The notes beneath the pieces are model-generated. The model was given only the letters and a program-made list of their open reading frames with translations, was not told where the DNA came from and searched no databases. DNA of 64,000 nt. It comes from Candidatus Latescibacterota bacterium. Lineage in GTDB: Bacteria > Latescibacterota > UBA2968. How positions within the stretch are numbered: the stretch's first letter is position 1; each line of letters starts with the position of its first letter. A program made the position numbers and the translations under genes. Positions 32,427-43,354 of this stretch are shown one piece after another. The stretch spans positions 3,680,001 through 3,744,000 of the forward strand of contig OZ240241.1 in NCBI GenBank assembly GCA_965198115.1. The letters are read 5' to 3'.

Positions 32427-33042
32427 GGCTATATCCGGATCTCTCAACGAGCTGAAGTGGGTGAAGGTGCCGTGGTTCCTGGCATGGGGGCGCGGTTAGA
32501 GTGTGCGGAACCTCTTCGGAATCTGCTCAGGGATGTTTATGTCTCCGACGGTAAGGAAGATCATATCGTTGAATGCGTCGAGTGTGCGGAATCCGCTGGC
32601 TCGGTTCTTGACGATTTGGACGATTCGGTTGAGGCCTTCGGCGATGGCGTTGGTAAGACGCGTGTTCACGAATGCGAGGACGCCGAAGAAGTGCTGTCGC
32701 AGGGTCCTGACGAACTTTCGCAGGGGTTCAAGTCGACTTCTGAGTGCGGACGTCGTCCAGCATTTCAGGAAGCGTTCGGCAGCCCAGGGCGCTTTGTATT
32801 CCCAGAACTGCTCGAACTCGTCCTTGAGTCTCCAGGCTCTATAGATTCGGTAGTTCGCCTCCTCAAACCACCAGCTGACAACACGGAACCCCTTGAATCT
32901 CAGCAGTTTCGATAGTAATCTGCTCCCGGTCATAGGTCGCACCCCCTTCGCTTTGATTGTCCTACACACACAACCAAGCGTAGGGAACGATCTATGACCT
33001 TGTCATTCTATAGTTTCACCGTTGAGAAACCCGGATAGAGCC
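32427..33042 (-). mobile_element. Internally deleted ISL3 copy in tandem with the full copy
   Basis: Same ends; in-frame join SWWFE|EANYRIY gives a 157-aa ORF; separated from the full copy by 5 bp (TCTTT). Confidence 0.9.
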
Positions 33043-33176
33043 TTCTTTATGGTGTCGGTTTGCATCTACTCGTCCTCCATCTACTGAATCCGTCAGTGCT
33101 TCAGAATCTGCTATGCTGACAGGGTTGGGTTTTTGTCTTGTCTGCGATGTACGGCTTCTGAGATTCTGCCAATACC

Positions 33177-33283
33177 ACATAACCGTTCTCACAATGCCCG
33201 ACGTTTGCCGGAGCGTAGCGGAGGCAAATGTGCCCGAAGGGCCGAGCGACCGAAGGGAGCAAAGTGGGCATTGTGTGTTAAGC
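33177..33283 (-). repeat. attC-like recombination site
   Basis: Minus strand GCTTAAC-acacaatgccc...gggcattgtgagaacg-GTTATGT. Downstream GGAGG...ATG (MQTDTIK, 33065) is cut by ISL3. Confidence 0.8.
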
Positions 33284-33360
33284 GTCCCTGTTGTTTTTTG
33301 TCATCAGGACAGGAAAAAGGAGCGGACATCACCTTCTTCAACAGAGGATTTGACAGACCC

Positions 33361-35541
33361 ATGACCCCAGAACAGCGATATCTCTTCGACATAAACGAGC
33401 TCAGGTCAATAGGTGTGTAAAAGAAATCAGGCGGCCATCTTCCCGGCTTCGACCTGCGGTCCGGTTGAGTGTTTCTGATCGTAGACTTGTTGTAGCAAGT
33501 GTGGCGCGGTGAGTTTCCTGAATCGGCTCTCTGCGACCTTGAGCGTACGCCAGATGAGAGTCGTGGCGTTCCTGACTTTCTTGAATCGCCTGGCGGCGTT
33601 TGTGCGAAGCCGAACGGAAGCAAAGGGGCTCTCGACGACGTTCGTGGTTCTCAGGTGTTTCCAGTGTTCCTTCGGGAAGTCGTAGAACGTGACCATCCGA
33701 TCCCAGTCTCTTTCGAGCGTCTCCACGGCGGCAGGGAACTGTGAGCGATACCGTGCGGCAAAGCGTTTCCGGAGCTTCTCGGCCTCCTTTTCGTGCCGGC
33801 ATAGGGGATCTGGACGAGCAATGCGCGGGCTTCAGCCTGTGCACGCTTGGCGACCTTGTCGAGCACGTTGAGGATCTTGTGGTTCCAGCACCGTTGTTGC
33901 CGGCTCTCTGGCCAGACCTGATCAACGGCCGCCCAGATGCCCATATTCCCGTCCGCGGCGATCAGGACAGGATGTTCGAGCCCGCGATCCCGGAGATCCC
34001 GGAGCACCGTGAGCCAGGATTCTGTAGACTCGATAACCGGGTTCTATCGCCAGGATCTCCTTGCTGCCGTCGCTCATCGCGCCGATCACGACCAGCAGAC
34101 ACGCCTTCTCGCGCTCGAGCCCGGCTTTGACGTAGATGCCATCAGCCCAGGCGTAGACCAGTTCGCGATTATCCAGACGCCTTTCTTTCCAGTCCTGGAA
34201 GTCGACCTCCCACTTCCCTCGAAGACGAGCGATCGAGGTCGGCGAAAGCGGCGCGCCATCACCGAGCAGCGCACGCAAAGACAACTCGAAGTCGCCCTGG
34301 GAGAGACCGTGGAGATAAAGGTCGGGAAGCAGATCTCCAATGGCCCTGGTTCTCCGGGCGAACAGGAGGAGGATGCGGCTTTCAAACCGCTCTTCCAGAC
34401 CACGAACCCGGGGACGCCGGACCTTGATCGTTCCGCAGCTCGTCGAGAGACGCCGGGGCTTGCCGTAGCCGTTCCTGTAGCCCGTGGAGCTATCGACCTC
34501 GGCTCGGCGCTCATACCACGACCGGCCCAAGAACGCGGTCGCCTCCTCCTCCAGAATGGACTGGAACCGGCCCTGGATCTCTTCACGGATCCAATCGTCA
34601 ACCGTCTCCCACGTCGGCATGGACTTCAATGGGGCTCTATGCGTATGTTCCTTCACGGCGATCCTCCTTCCCAACCGGGCCTCTCACCCGGTTTTGTGTG
34701 AATCAACTATCTCACGGGAAGGGTAGGGTCGCCCTTTCCTCTTTTTCCACACCTTTTGATTATAGCTCACATAAACGGCTATCTGCACATTCCGGACGTA
34801 CTGAGTGAAGCAGAGCTGGCTGCGGCGCGAGAAGCGATCGAGCGCTACGTGACAACCCCCAAGGAGGAGTTGCCGGAGGGCTTCTCCCATTCCGAAGACG
34901 GCAAGATGCATGCGAACGGCTTCGCCTGGGACAAGAGCCTCGAGTCCATCGTCGTCCATCCCAAGCTGTGGCCCATCATCATGGAATTCACCCACGACCG
35001 GCCCGGCTTCGCGAGGGGCACCCTTCTCGTGGACAGCCATCATCTGGGACCGGGACGGCTCCATTGCGCGAGGGAGGATTTCGGCTGGGAGAGTACGAGA
35101 TTCGACACGCGCGAGGGCCGCATCTACTGCGACGATTTCGTCATCTTCCCCTATTTCGATGACGTTCTTCCGGGCGATGGTGGACTCATCGTCGTGCCGG
35201 GGTCGCACAAAGCGGCCTTCGATCGCCCTGAGACCCTGTTCAACGACGGGATGATGGCGGAACTCGACGATTTGCCTGCCGGGGTGGTCAACGTGACGCC
35301 GCGGGCGGGGGACGTGATCGTCATGACGGAGATGCTCGCCCACGGTACCCTGCAGTGGAAACCGACGGACCGTCAACGCCGCACCCTCGTGCTGCGCTAC
35401 CGGCCTCAGTACAGAAACAGGACCGCCGCACGGGAAGCGATCCAGGAGCGGCTCTCACCACAAGTCAGAGAGCTGATGGATTATGCTCACTACACCGATG
35501 TGAAGGAGATCGCCAAGGAGGAAGTGGTGCGGCTTACGTGA
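33361..35541 (+). pseudogene. PhyH-family Fe/2OG enzyme interrupted by IS256 copy A3
   Basis: MTPEQRYLFDIN|GYLHIPDVL is continuous after removing the IS and the ACATAAAC duplication; VVPGSHK, LAHGTLQW. Confidence 0.85.
33397..34768 (-). mobile_element. IS256-family copy A3 (transposase frameshifted twice)
   Basis: Both IRs present; 8-bp duplication ACATAAAC; small deletions near 33790 and 34030. Confidence 0.92.
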
Positions 35542-35610
35542 CGATACGCAGGTCGCGTCGCTCCTCGATCCCCGCCTGCCTACCTCGTCGACGCAGCGAA
35601 ACCCTTTCCG

Positions 35611-36774
35611 CTACTGTGGGGCGCGATCCAGGCGCCACACGTCTCCCGGACGCCACGCAGACTCGACCCGATGCGTGAAGTCCCGCTTGCTCAGCTCAGC
35701 CTGCTCCGTCGAAATAGTAACCGCACTTCCAGCAACGAGGAAAAGAGCGTCCCGGTGGACGTGGACGGCACAGGCGTGACGTAGGCTCCAGGGCGTGTAC
35801 GGCAGCTCCTGCCAATGTTCGCCATCCTCCGAATACCACACGTCATTTCGATTGCCCTCGGTGGCAACCTCACTTGGGTGGTCAGCCACTCCCCGGTGTC
35901 CTCCCAACACCCAGAGCTTGCCATCCCATACTGCGGTATCGTGGTATGAGCGAGCCGGCCAGGGAGCCATTCCCTCCGCCAGATGGCATGTCCAGTCGCG
36001 ACCGTCTGCCGACGACCACACATCGTTGTGATAGACGCGGGCTTTCAGTCTGGGCTGCTCTTCGAGATCGTATCGCAGCGAGCTCAAGGTGGTTCCGCCC
36101 GCCCCGACATAGCCGCCGCCGAGGATCCACATTCGACCATCGAGGACGGCCACGCCACCATTCGCGCCGGTAATCATGCCCCTGGGCGCCCATGGCGCGC
36201 TATCCGTCACCAGCTCCCAGCTCAGACCGTCGTCCGTCCGCCAGACATCGCACAGCGGCGGAGGGGCCGGTGGGAAAGGTCTCCCAGCTTTCAGGTCCGC
36301 CACGAAACTGGTTTGTGCGGCGGCGCCGGCCTGGCCGCCCAGAACCCAGATCGAGCTGTCGAAGACGGTGACCATCTGGTTGCCGCGCTCCTGCCAGGGT
36401 ACGGTGGCCGCAACGAGCTCCCAATTCGCGCCATCTTTCGATTTCCACACGTCGTCGGGTGTCCCGTTCTCCGCCCCAACGATCCAGATGTGGCCGTCGT
36501 GCACGACCGCACCGTGCATGTGCCTGCCGCTCCACGGAGCAGTGGTCGCCAGGGACCAGCTGGCGCCGTCGTCGTCCGAGCACCACACCTCCGAACACAC
36601 CTCCGACTCGAAGGAGCCGTCACCGGCGCCGGCGAGGTCGTCCCGCTCGCCCGCGTACTGGTTCCAGCCACCAAGCAGAAAGAGCTTGCCGTTGAAGGAG
36701 ACGAGCTGCGCCCCGTCGCGAGGCGACCACGCCACCTCCGAGCTCACACAGCTCCAGCTATACTCGTCTGCCAT
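35611..36774 (-). CDS. Kelch/galactose-oxidase-like beta-propeller repeat protein
   Basis: About 6 repeats of (A)PWxxR...V.DG.(I/L)W(V/I)LGG...DVW.S.DG..W. Confidence 0.75.
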   Translation of the reverse strand: MADEYSWSCVSSEVAWSPRDGAQLVSFNGKLFLLGGWNQYAGERDDLAGAGDGSFESEVCSEVWCSDDDGASWSLATTAPWSGRHMHGAVVHDGHIWIVGAENGTPDDVWKSKDGANWELVAATVPWQERGNQMVTVFDSSIWVLGGQAGAAAQTSFVADLKAGRPFPPAPPPLCDVWRTDDGLSWELVTDSAPWAPRGMITGANGGVAVLDGRMWILGGGYVGAGGTTLSSLRYDLEEQPRLKARVYHNDVWSSADGRDWTCHLAEGMAPWPARSYHDTAVWDGKLWVLGGHRGVADHPSEVATEGNRNDVWYSEDGEHWQELPYTPWSLRHACAVHVHRDALFLVAGSAVTISTEQAELSKRDFTHRVESAWRPGDVWRLDRAPQ

Positions 36775-37248
36775 CGTTTGTTCCCGAGTCTGGGGAGGGT
36801 TGTGATCTTGATAGCCAGCTTATGTGAAAGGTAAAACGCCTTGACGCAACTCGAATCAAGACTTCGTGCTCTTTCGTGATCTCCGCAATCCCCATTCCGG
36901 GTTCTTCACGCAGAAGAGTGGATGGCTGACGCGCTTCCTTTTTCGCGAACTCATTTTTGGGGTGTTCTCTTTTGTGACCAAAAGAGAACCAGAAAAGTCC
37001 CGCTCAAGCGCCGCGGGGGCTTGTGGCCCAGGCCGGCAGTACGACCCAGCTCGATGACGACACTAGTGACAAGCCCCAAGTGCCTCCCCACCCAACCCTA
37101 TCCCCCCTGGAGTTGAAACAACGACGTTGCTCGTTACCGCCTCTACCTGGGCCTCTACTGTGTGGGCGTCTGTTCTCTTAACGGTCTTTGTGCGTCTTGT
37201 CTCCGAAGGATCCACTCAAAACCGCCCATTCCGCAATGGCCTAAGCGG

Positions 37249-38598
37249 TCACACGACCCTGCGTCCTTCCTCCACTACAACCCGCCCCGAAATCATCACC
37301 ATCTTCACCCCCGACAGCCTTCCCGGTTCTGTCACGACTACGTCGGCGACTCTTCCAGCTTCTATGAAGCCTCGATTCGGGGCCAGCTTCGGAATCGCCT
37401 TCGTCACGTTCCCCGTGGCCTTGGCGACGCCAGAGGCCGTGTCCAGGATGCCCGCTTCCACGGCCTTTTCGATCGTGAGCAGAATCGGATCCCAGCAGCC
37501 GTTCAGGAAGTCGGTCGAGATCAGGTCAACCAGACCTGATTCCAGCAGGGCGAAGATCGTCTCCGGAGTCGGAGTCGACTGCTGCACGCCGAACGAATCC
37601 TCCCCGGAGTAGATGTCGACAAACACCCCGTGTTCCTTCAGGTGTCTGGCCCTCGTCACCGCCTCCTGCGGCGTGAACATATGATTCGAATGCGCCGCGA
37701 TCATTCCAGGACCCGCCTCGCCAGCGATTCGAGCGATCAGATCTGCATTTTCGCCAGAATGGTGAGCGATCACCGGCACCTCGAGCCGCTTGCCGATTTC
37801 GATCGATTCTTTGAGCGCCAGCTTTGACGCCTCGTGCTGCCGCACGACATCTTGAGCCACCCGTCTGACCACTTCAGCCGTGAGCACCCCGTTCAGCTCG
37901 GTCTCGTTGATCGCTTCGGTCACGGCCTGCTCGTCATACGGCTTCAGGGGCGGCGCCCCGGGAAGCTCGAACAGCGCGCTGGAAAGCCTCTTCGCCTGGT
38001 CGATCAGAATCGGTCGGCCAGCCGCGCGATAGAACTCGAACAGGCAGTACGGGCTCGAAGGCACCGCCGTCTCGCCAACAGCGACCGCCCCCTCTGAAAT
38101 CATCTGCTCCGCGGTCAGGTTCGCGTGGAGGTCGTCGATATACCCGCCGTGCCGGCGGATGTTTGCCATATTCTGTTCGCTGTGTATCGTCGCGGCTCTT
38201 ACGTTGAGGGGATGAATCTTGTTCATCGCCTCGACTTCCCACACGCTCGTCAACCCGTCCAGCGAGAGCAGCGTTGTCGCGCCATCCAGAAGATGCTTGT
38301 CCAGATAGCCGAAGATGCGCGCGATCGGCCAGCGATGTTCCCCGAAGAAGGTAGGCCCGGAATCTGAGTTCGCGTGATAGTTGGGACCGAAGGCCACTTC
38401 GTGCGAGTGGTGATTGATCAATCCCGGGAGGATAAATCCACCCTGCGCGTCGATGATTCGATCGGAATCGTTGTAGGGGATGTACTTCGTGTCGTGGATC
38501 CGAGTGATGAAAACGTCTTCCACGACGACAGAAGACTCGGGAAGGACCGTCTTTCCGTCACCTGTAACGATCGTGCCGTTGACAATGGAGATCTTCAT
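37249..38598 (-). CDS. Metal-dependent amidohydrolase-superfamily protein
   Basis: IDAQGGFILPGLINHHSH, IAHH, AHSNH, DLISTDF, RGFIEAGRVADVV. Confidence 0.8.
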   Translation of the reverse strand: MKISIVNGTIVTGDGKTVLPESSVVVEDVFITRIHDTKYIPYNDSDRIIDAQGGFILPGLINHHSHEVAFGPNYHANSDSGPTFFGEHRWPIARIFGYLDKHLLDGATTLLSLDGLTSVWEVEAMNKIHPLNVRAATIHSEQNMANIRRHGGYIDDLHANLTAEQMISEGAVAVGETAVPSSPYCLFEFYRAAGRPILIDQAKRLSSALFELPGAPPLKPYDEQAVTEAINETELNGVLTAEVVRRVAQDVVRQHEASKLALKESIEIGKRLEVPVIAHHSGENADLIARIAGEAGPGMIAAHSNHMFTPQEAVTRARHLKEHGVFVDIYSGEDSFGVQQSTPTPETIFALLESGLVDLISTDFLNGCWDPILLTIEKAVEAGILDTASGVAKATGNVTKAIPKLAPNRGFIEAGRVADVVVTEPGRLSGVKMVMISGRVVVEEGRRVV

Positions 38599-38608
38599 CA
38601 GCTTCCCC

Positions 38609-38780
38609 TTAGCAGTACTTGCGGTACTTCAAAACCTCTCGGCGCGCGCCTTCTCTGATCCACTCGAATTCGTCATTCACCTCGAAGAACCTGCAGCCTC
38701 GTGCGATCCATTGTCCTCCCGCCTTCGGTCCCGACACGGTCGTACCGAAAGGCACGCCGTGCTTCACGCACAGATCCTCG
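38609..38780 (-). pseudogene. Probable C-terminal fragment of an HpcH/HpaI-type aldolase
   Basis: Hand translation LCVKHGVPFGTTVSGPKAGGQWIARGCRFFEVNDEFEWIREGARREVLKYRKYC*, ending at the amidohydrolase RBS. Confidence 0.4.
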
Positions 38781-38802
38781 TCGAGGACCCACGGATACGA
38801 AA

Positions 38803-39225
38803 CTACGACATCTCGCCAAACGCAGTGATTTCTTCGACGTATGCCGAATCGAACTGCAGCGCCTCAACCAACTGTGATAGCTCGGTCGCGTACGCGGGAT
38901 TCGCCCCGGCTAGACCCAACTCGCGCGGCAGGTTGTAGCAGTACGTCTCGACAGCTTCGCTTGTGTCCAACAGCCCCACCTGTACGCGTTCTCGTATGTA
39001 CTCGCGAACACTCGGTTCCGAGTAGAGCGCGCGAGCTTCCTGGTCGGCGAGCTCCATCACGATTCCATAGGCGCGACTCGAAGCGGATCGCAGCAATGTT
39101 GCTCGCTCGCCGATGTGGATGCGGTAGTCGGGTAGCACTGCAGGCCCGATAATCTCTGGGCGAAGACCCTTCTCAGTGAGAAGAGACCGATCCATAAACA
39201 GGCCGTAGAAGAAGATCTTGCTCAT
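38803..39225 (-). CDS. Gamma-glutamylcyclotransferase (GGCT/AIG2-like) cassette protein
   Basis: IFFYGLFMD, AVLPDY, AYGIV, Y..ERV; starts 17 bp after the attC R'. Confidence 0.75.
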   Translation of the reverse strand: MSKIFFYGLFMDRSLLTEKGLRPEIIGPAVLPDYRIHIGERATLLRSASSRAYGIVMELADQEARALYSEPSVREYIRERVQVGLLDTSEAVETYCYNLPRELGLAGANPAYATELSQLVEALQFDSAYVEEITAFGEMS

Positions 39226-39241
39226 GGGTTCGGAGCTGTCC

Positions 39242-39322
39242 GCCTAACGTTCTGCCGATGTGCGAACCCGCGTAGGGGGTTGGTGGAGCCAAGGTCCGAA
39301 TGCGCACATCGCGCCGTTATGC
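39242..39322 (-). repeat. attC-like recombination site
   Basis: Minus strand GCATAAC-ggcgcgatgtgcg...cgcacatcggcagaac-GTTAGGC. Confidence 0.82.
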
Positions 39323-39397
39323 GGCGTGAATTCCTGATTCTGCTCCAGCTTGAGTGCTATGATCTGCACTTAAATAACGTCGCGTGCATCCGGCTTG

Positions 39398-40098
39398 TTA
39401 ATTCTGTAGCAGCTCTTCTGCCTCTCCGGAAAACGATTCCAGGTCACTCTTCGCAATGAATACATGTCCTGTCCGACACACTTCTTGTCCTGGCTGAATG
39501 AGACCAAACCAGAGAAAGACATCTGTACATGGCCACCCCTGATTCGAGCTCACGGCAACGGCATCTGTCGAGTAATGACACGTCAGCAGCGGTTCGCCCT
39601 TCACGATATTCCAGGCAACTACGCCGGGAAAGGAAACGCTGGTGCCGGTTAGTTGATCGCGGCTGAGAGCTGTTCTGGCGCATTCGGCAGTCATTCCGTT
39701 GACCGGTAGATAACAGTGCCCGCGAATGTGTGGAACGTCTTGAAAGGGAATCCAGCGATCTCCCAGCTTCACATATGGCCGATATCCTGTGGCTGGCGAC
39801 TGGAAACTGTTGAAGCAAATCCAGGTGTAGACATCCTGCCAAGGGACATCGGAACCATTCGTTACGCGTACCTCGTAGTGGATGCCGGTGTGATCGTTGC
39901 GTATAGCTGCTGCCTGGTATCCGACCACCGTACGATCATTCTCCGAACCAGCTTTAAGCCTCACCTTAGATCCCGATTGATCCCAACATCCAAGGAGATT
40001 CCTTACAGGACAACGGTCGTATGACCATCCATCATCGTTTGACTGCCAGTTCATTCCGATCTGGTAGTGATGCTTCTGTCCGTTTAGGAATACTTGCT
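39398..40098 (-). pseudogene. Hypothetical cassette protein, probably 5'-truncated by IS256 A4
   Basis: The ORF frame stays open up to the IS end (QVFLNGQKHHYQIGM...) and is followed by an attC site. Confidence 0.55.
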
Positions 40099-41472
40099 GA
40101 GTTCAGGTCAATAGGTGTGTAAAAGAAATCAGGCGGCCATCTTCCCGGCTTCGACCTGCGGTCCGGTTGAGTGTTTCTGATCGTAGACTTGTTGTAGCAA
40201 GTGTGGCGCGGTGAGTTTCCTGAATCGGCTCTCTGCGACCTTGAGCGTACGCCAGATGAGAGCCGTGGCGTTCCTGACTTTCTTGAATCGCCTGGCGGCG
40301 TTTGTGCGAAGCCGAACGGAAGCAAAGGGGCTCTCGACGACGTTCGTGGTTCTCAGGTGTTTCCAGTGTTCCTTCGGGAAGTCGTAGAACGTGACCATCC
40401 GATCCCAGTCTCTTTCGAGCGTCTCCACGGCGGCAGGGAACTGTGAGCGATACCGTGCGGCAAAGCGTTTCCGGAGCTTCTCGGCCTCCTTTTTCGTGCC
40501 GGCATAGGGGATCTGGACGAGCAGTGCGCGGGCTTCAGCCTGTGCACGCTTGGCGACCTTGTCGAGCACGTTGAGGATCTTGTGGTTCCAGCACCGTTGT
40601 TGCCGGCTCTCTGGCCAGACCTGATCAACGGCCGCCCAGATGCCCATATTCCCGTCCGCGGCGATCAGGACAGGATGTTCGAGCCCGCGATCCCGGAGAT
40701 CCCGGAGCACCGTGAGCCAGGATTCTGTAGACTCTCGATAACCGGGTTCTATCGCCAGGATCTCCTTGCTGCCGTCGCTCATCGCGCCGATCACGACCAG
40801 CAGACACGCCTTCTCGCGCTCGAGCCCGGCTTTGACGTAGATGCCATCAGCCCAGGCGTAGACCAGTTCGCGATTATCCAGACGCCTTTCTTTCCAGTCC
40901 TGGAAGTCGACCTCCCACTTCCCTCGAAGACGAGCGATCGAGGTCGGCGAAAGCGGCGCGCCATCACCGAGCAGCGCACGCAAAGACAACTCGAAGTCGC
41001 CCTGGGAGAGACCGTGGAGATAAAGGTCGGGAAGCAGATCTCCAATGGCCCTGGTTCTCCGGGCGAACAGGGGGAGGATGCGGCTTTCAAACCGCTCTTC
41101 CAGACCACGAACCCGGGGACGCCGGACCTTGATCGTTCCGCAGCTCGTCGAGAGACGCCGGGGCTTGCCGTAGCCGTTCCTGTAGCCCCTGGAGCTATCG
41201 ACCTCGGCTCGGCGCTCATACCACGACCGGCCCAAGAACGCGGTCGCCTCCTCCTCCAGAATGGACTGGAACCGGCCCTGGATCTCTTCACGGATCCAAT
41301 CGTCAACCGTCTCCCACGTCGGCATGGACTTCAATGGGGCTCTATGCGTATGTTCCTTCACGGCGATCCTCCTTCCCAACCGGGCCTCTCACCCGGTTTT
41401 GTGTGAATCAACTATCTCACGGGAAGGGTAGGGTCGCCCTTTCTCTTTTTCCACACCTTTTGATTATAGCTC
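40099..41472 (-). mobile_element. IS256-family copy A4 (intact transposase 40129-41379)
   Basis: Both IRs present; flanks TACTTGCT and TCCTACAC do not match. Confidence 0.92.
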
Positions 41473-41537
41473 TCCTACACGTCTACCCAACGTAAGTTTG
41501 GAGCCCTCTAAGTTTCAACTACGATAGGCACAACACC
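41473..41537 (-). mobile_element. 65-bp left-end remnant of IS256 type B
   Basis: Reverse complement of 27424-27488. Confidence 0.85.
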
Positions 41538-42869
41538 AGCTGTTGCTTCGCGCCCTTGAGTCTCAGATGGGATTGATCGCCAGAATGGTAGATGCTTTGC
41601 GAGATCGTCGTCACCCAAGCTATATCGATCACACGCTTTTGGATCTTGTGAAGCAGCGTGTTTTTCAGATCGCTTGCGGCTATGAAGATGCCGTCGATTG
41701 TGATGATGTGCGACGCTCGGATTTGTATCGGCTCGCACGGGCTTTTGTAGACGGGTTCATCGCATCGTATGACCAGGCACCCCCAAGCATCATTCTCGAT
41801 ATCGACGACACGGATGACCCAACGCACGGTGCGCAACAATTTTCACTCTTCAACGCGTATTACAATGAACACTGCTATATGCCGCTACATATCTATGAAG
41901 GCCAAAGCGGCAAGCTCATTACGACGATCTTGAGACCCGGGCATCCGACGAACGGTAAACAGGTCGTTTCTATTCTCAAGCGCTTGGTGGAACACCTACG
42001 CGGATCTTGGCCAAACGTGGAGATCATCGTTCGCGCAGACTCAAAGTTCAGCTCACCAGAGATGCACGATTTCTGCGAAGACAACGGTATCTACTACGTT
42101 CTGGGCCAGGGCGCCAACTCCAAGCTCAAAGCGGCTGGACAAAACCTGATGGACCAAGCGCTACGTCTGAGCGAGCATAAGGAGACGATTCGCTTGTTCT
42201 CATCCTTCTCATATCAGGCTGGCACCTACCGGCAGCCTCGCCGGATCATTCACAAGGCTGAAGTCACAAACGGCGAAGCAAATCCAAGATACCGCGTGAC
42301 CAATTTACAGAGTAATCGAGACGGCTTTATCTATGATCGTATCTACTGCGCAAGGGGACGCACGGAAGGCTTCATCAAGGACCACAAAACATTCCTTCAC
42401 TCCGATCGAACATCGTGCCACAAGTTTGAAGCCAACCAGTTCCGACTCTTTCTACACAGTGCTGCATACGCCTTGCTTCACGCACTCCGATCACAGGGAC
42501 TCAAGGGCACCGCGTGGACCAAACCTCAGGTCAACACGATACAGAACCGTTTCCTCAAAATCGGCGCGAGAGTCATTGAAAGCGCACGAAGAATCCGATT
42601 CCATTTTCCAACATCGTATCCACTCAAAAACGTCTTGGTGTCAATCATCACCAGGCTCGAAACGAACACGCAGTAACAACGCCGATCTATACCGGGGACA
42701 GCTATGTACACGTCGCAAAACAACACCTGTTCCGGACGAAAATCGTGACTCTTGCGACTCGTAGAGACCGCTTACGGGACCTTGGACATCCGAAGAAGCC
42801 GAGAACAAATCCTGTGCGTGATCACATCACTCCAAAACAACCTAAACTCAAATTCATGCATGATTCAGG
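41538..42869 (+). mobile_element. IS1380-family remnant (5'-truncated transposase 41543-42676)
   Basis: LDIDDTDDPTHGAQQ, VRADS, RTSCHKFEANQFRL; right end ...ATGCATGATTCAGG. Confidence 0.8.
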
Positions 42870-42967
42870 TACATGTGCTCCCCCCGATCGCCCGCCTTGA
42901 AAACGGCCTCCCCAGAATGGTAGAGTTTCGGGTCTTCCTCTCCGCGGAAGAGATTGATCGGGTTCAC
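42870..42967 (-). pseudogene. N-terminal fragment of a cyclic-nucleotide-binding domain protein, cut by IS1380
   Basis: VNPINLFRGEEDPKLYHSGEAVFKAGDRGEHMY. Confidence 0.55.
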
Positions 42968-43354
42968 TTCATGCTCCGGAAGGTCGTCAAACCAGCACTG
43001 GCGCGTTGGCTTCAGCCAAAAGCTGGAGAGAACCACCCCTCGACTCCGCTCGGGGTAGGCTCCTGAACACAGATGGACACAAATGGGAGTGACCCGTGAC
43101 CATTGTGGCCCTATTCGGGAAAGAATTTAGTGGTTCTCTACGACCTACACTACGCCACATCAATGGCAAACGGTCTGGCCGAGTTCGGGCCTATCAGCTG
43201 CCGACAAGGTAGCTCGTCGGTGAAGGCAAGTCCACTGAAACGGCGCAAAAGAACCACTCGGACGGCCCAAGACTGTACGGCCTGCCAGTCGGTTTTACGC
43301 ATTGTCGCTCTTGCTGCCGTTCTCCCGCTCACCCACGCTCCCCCTCAACAAACG

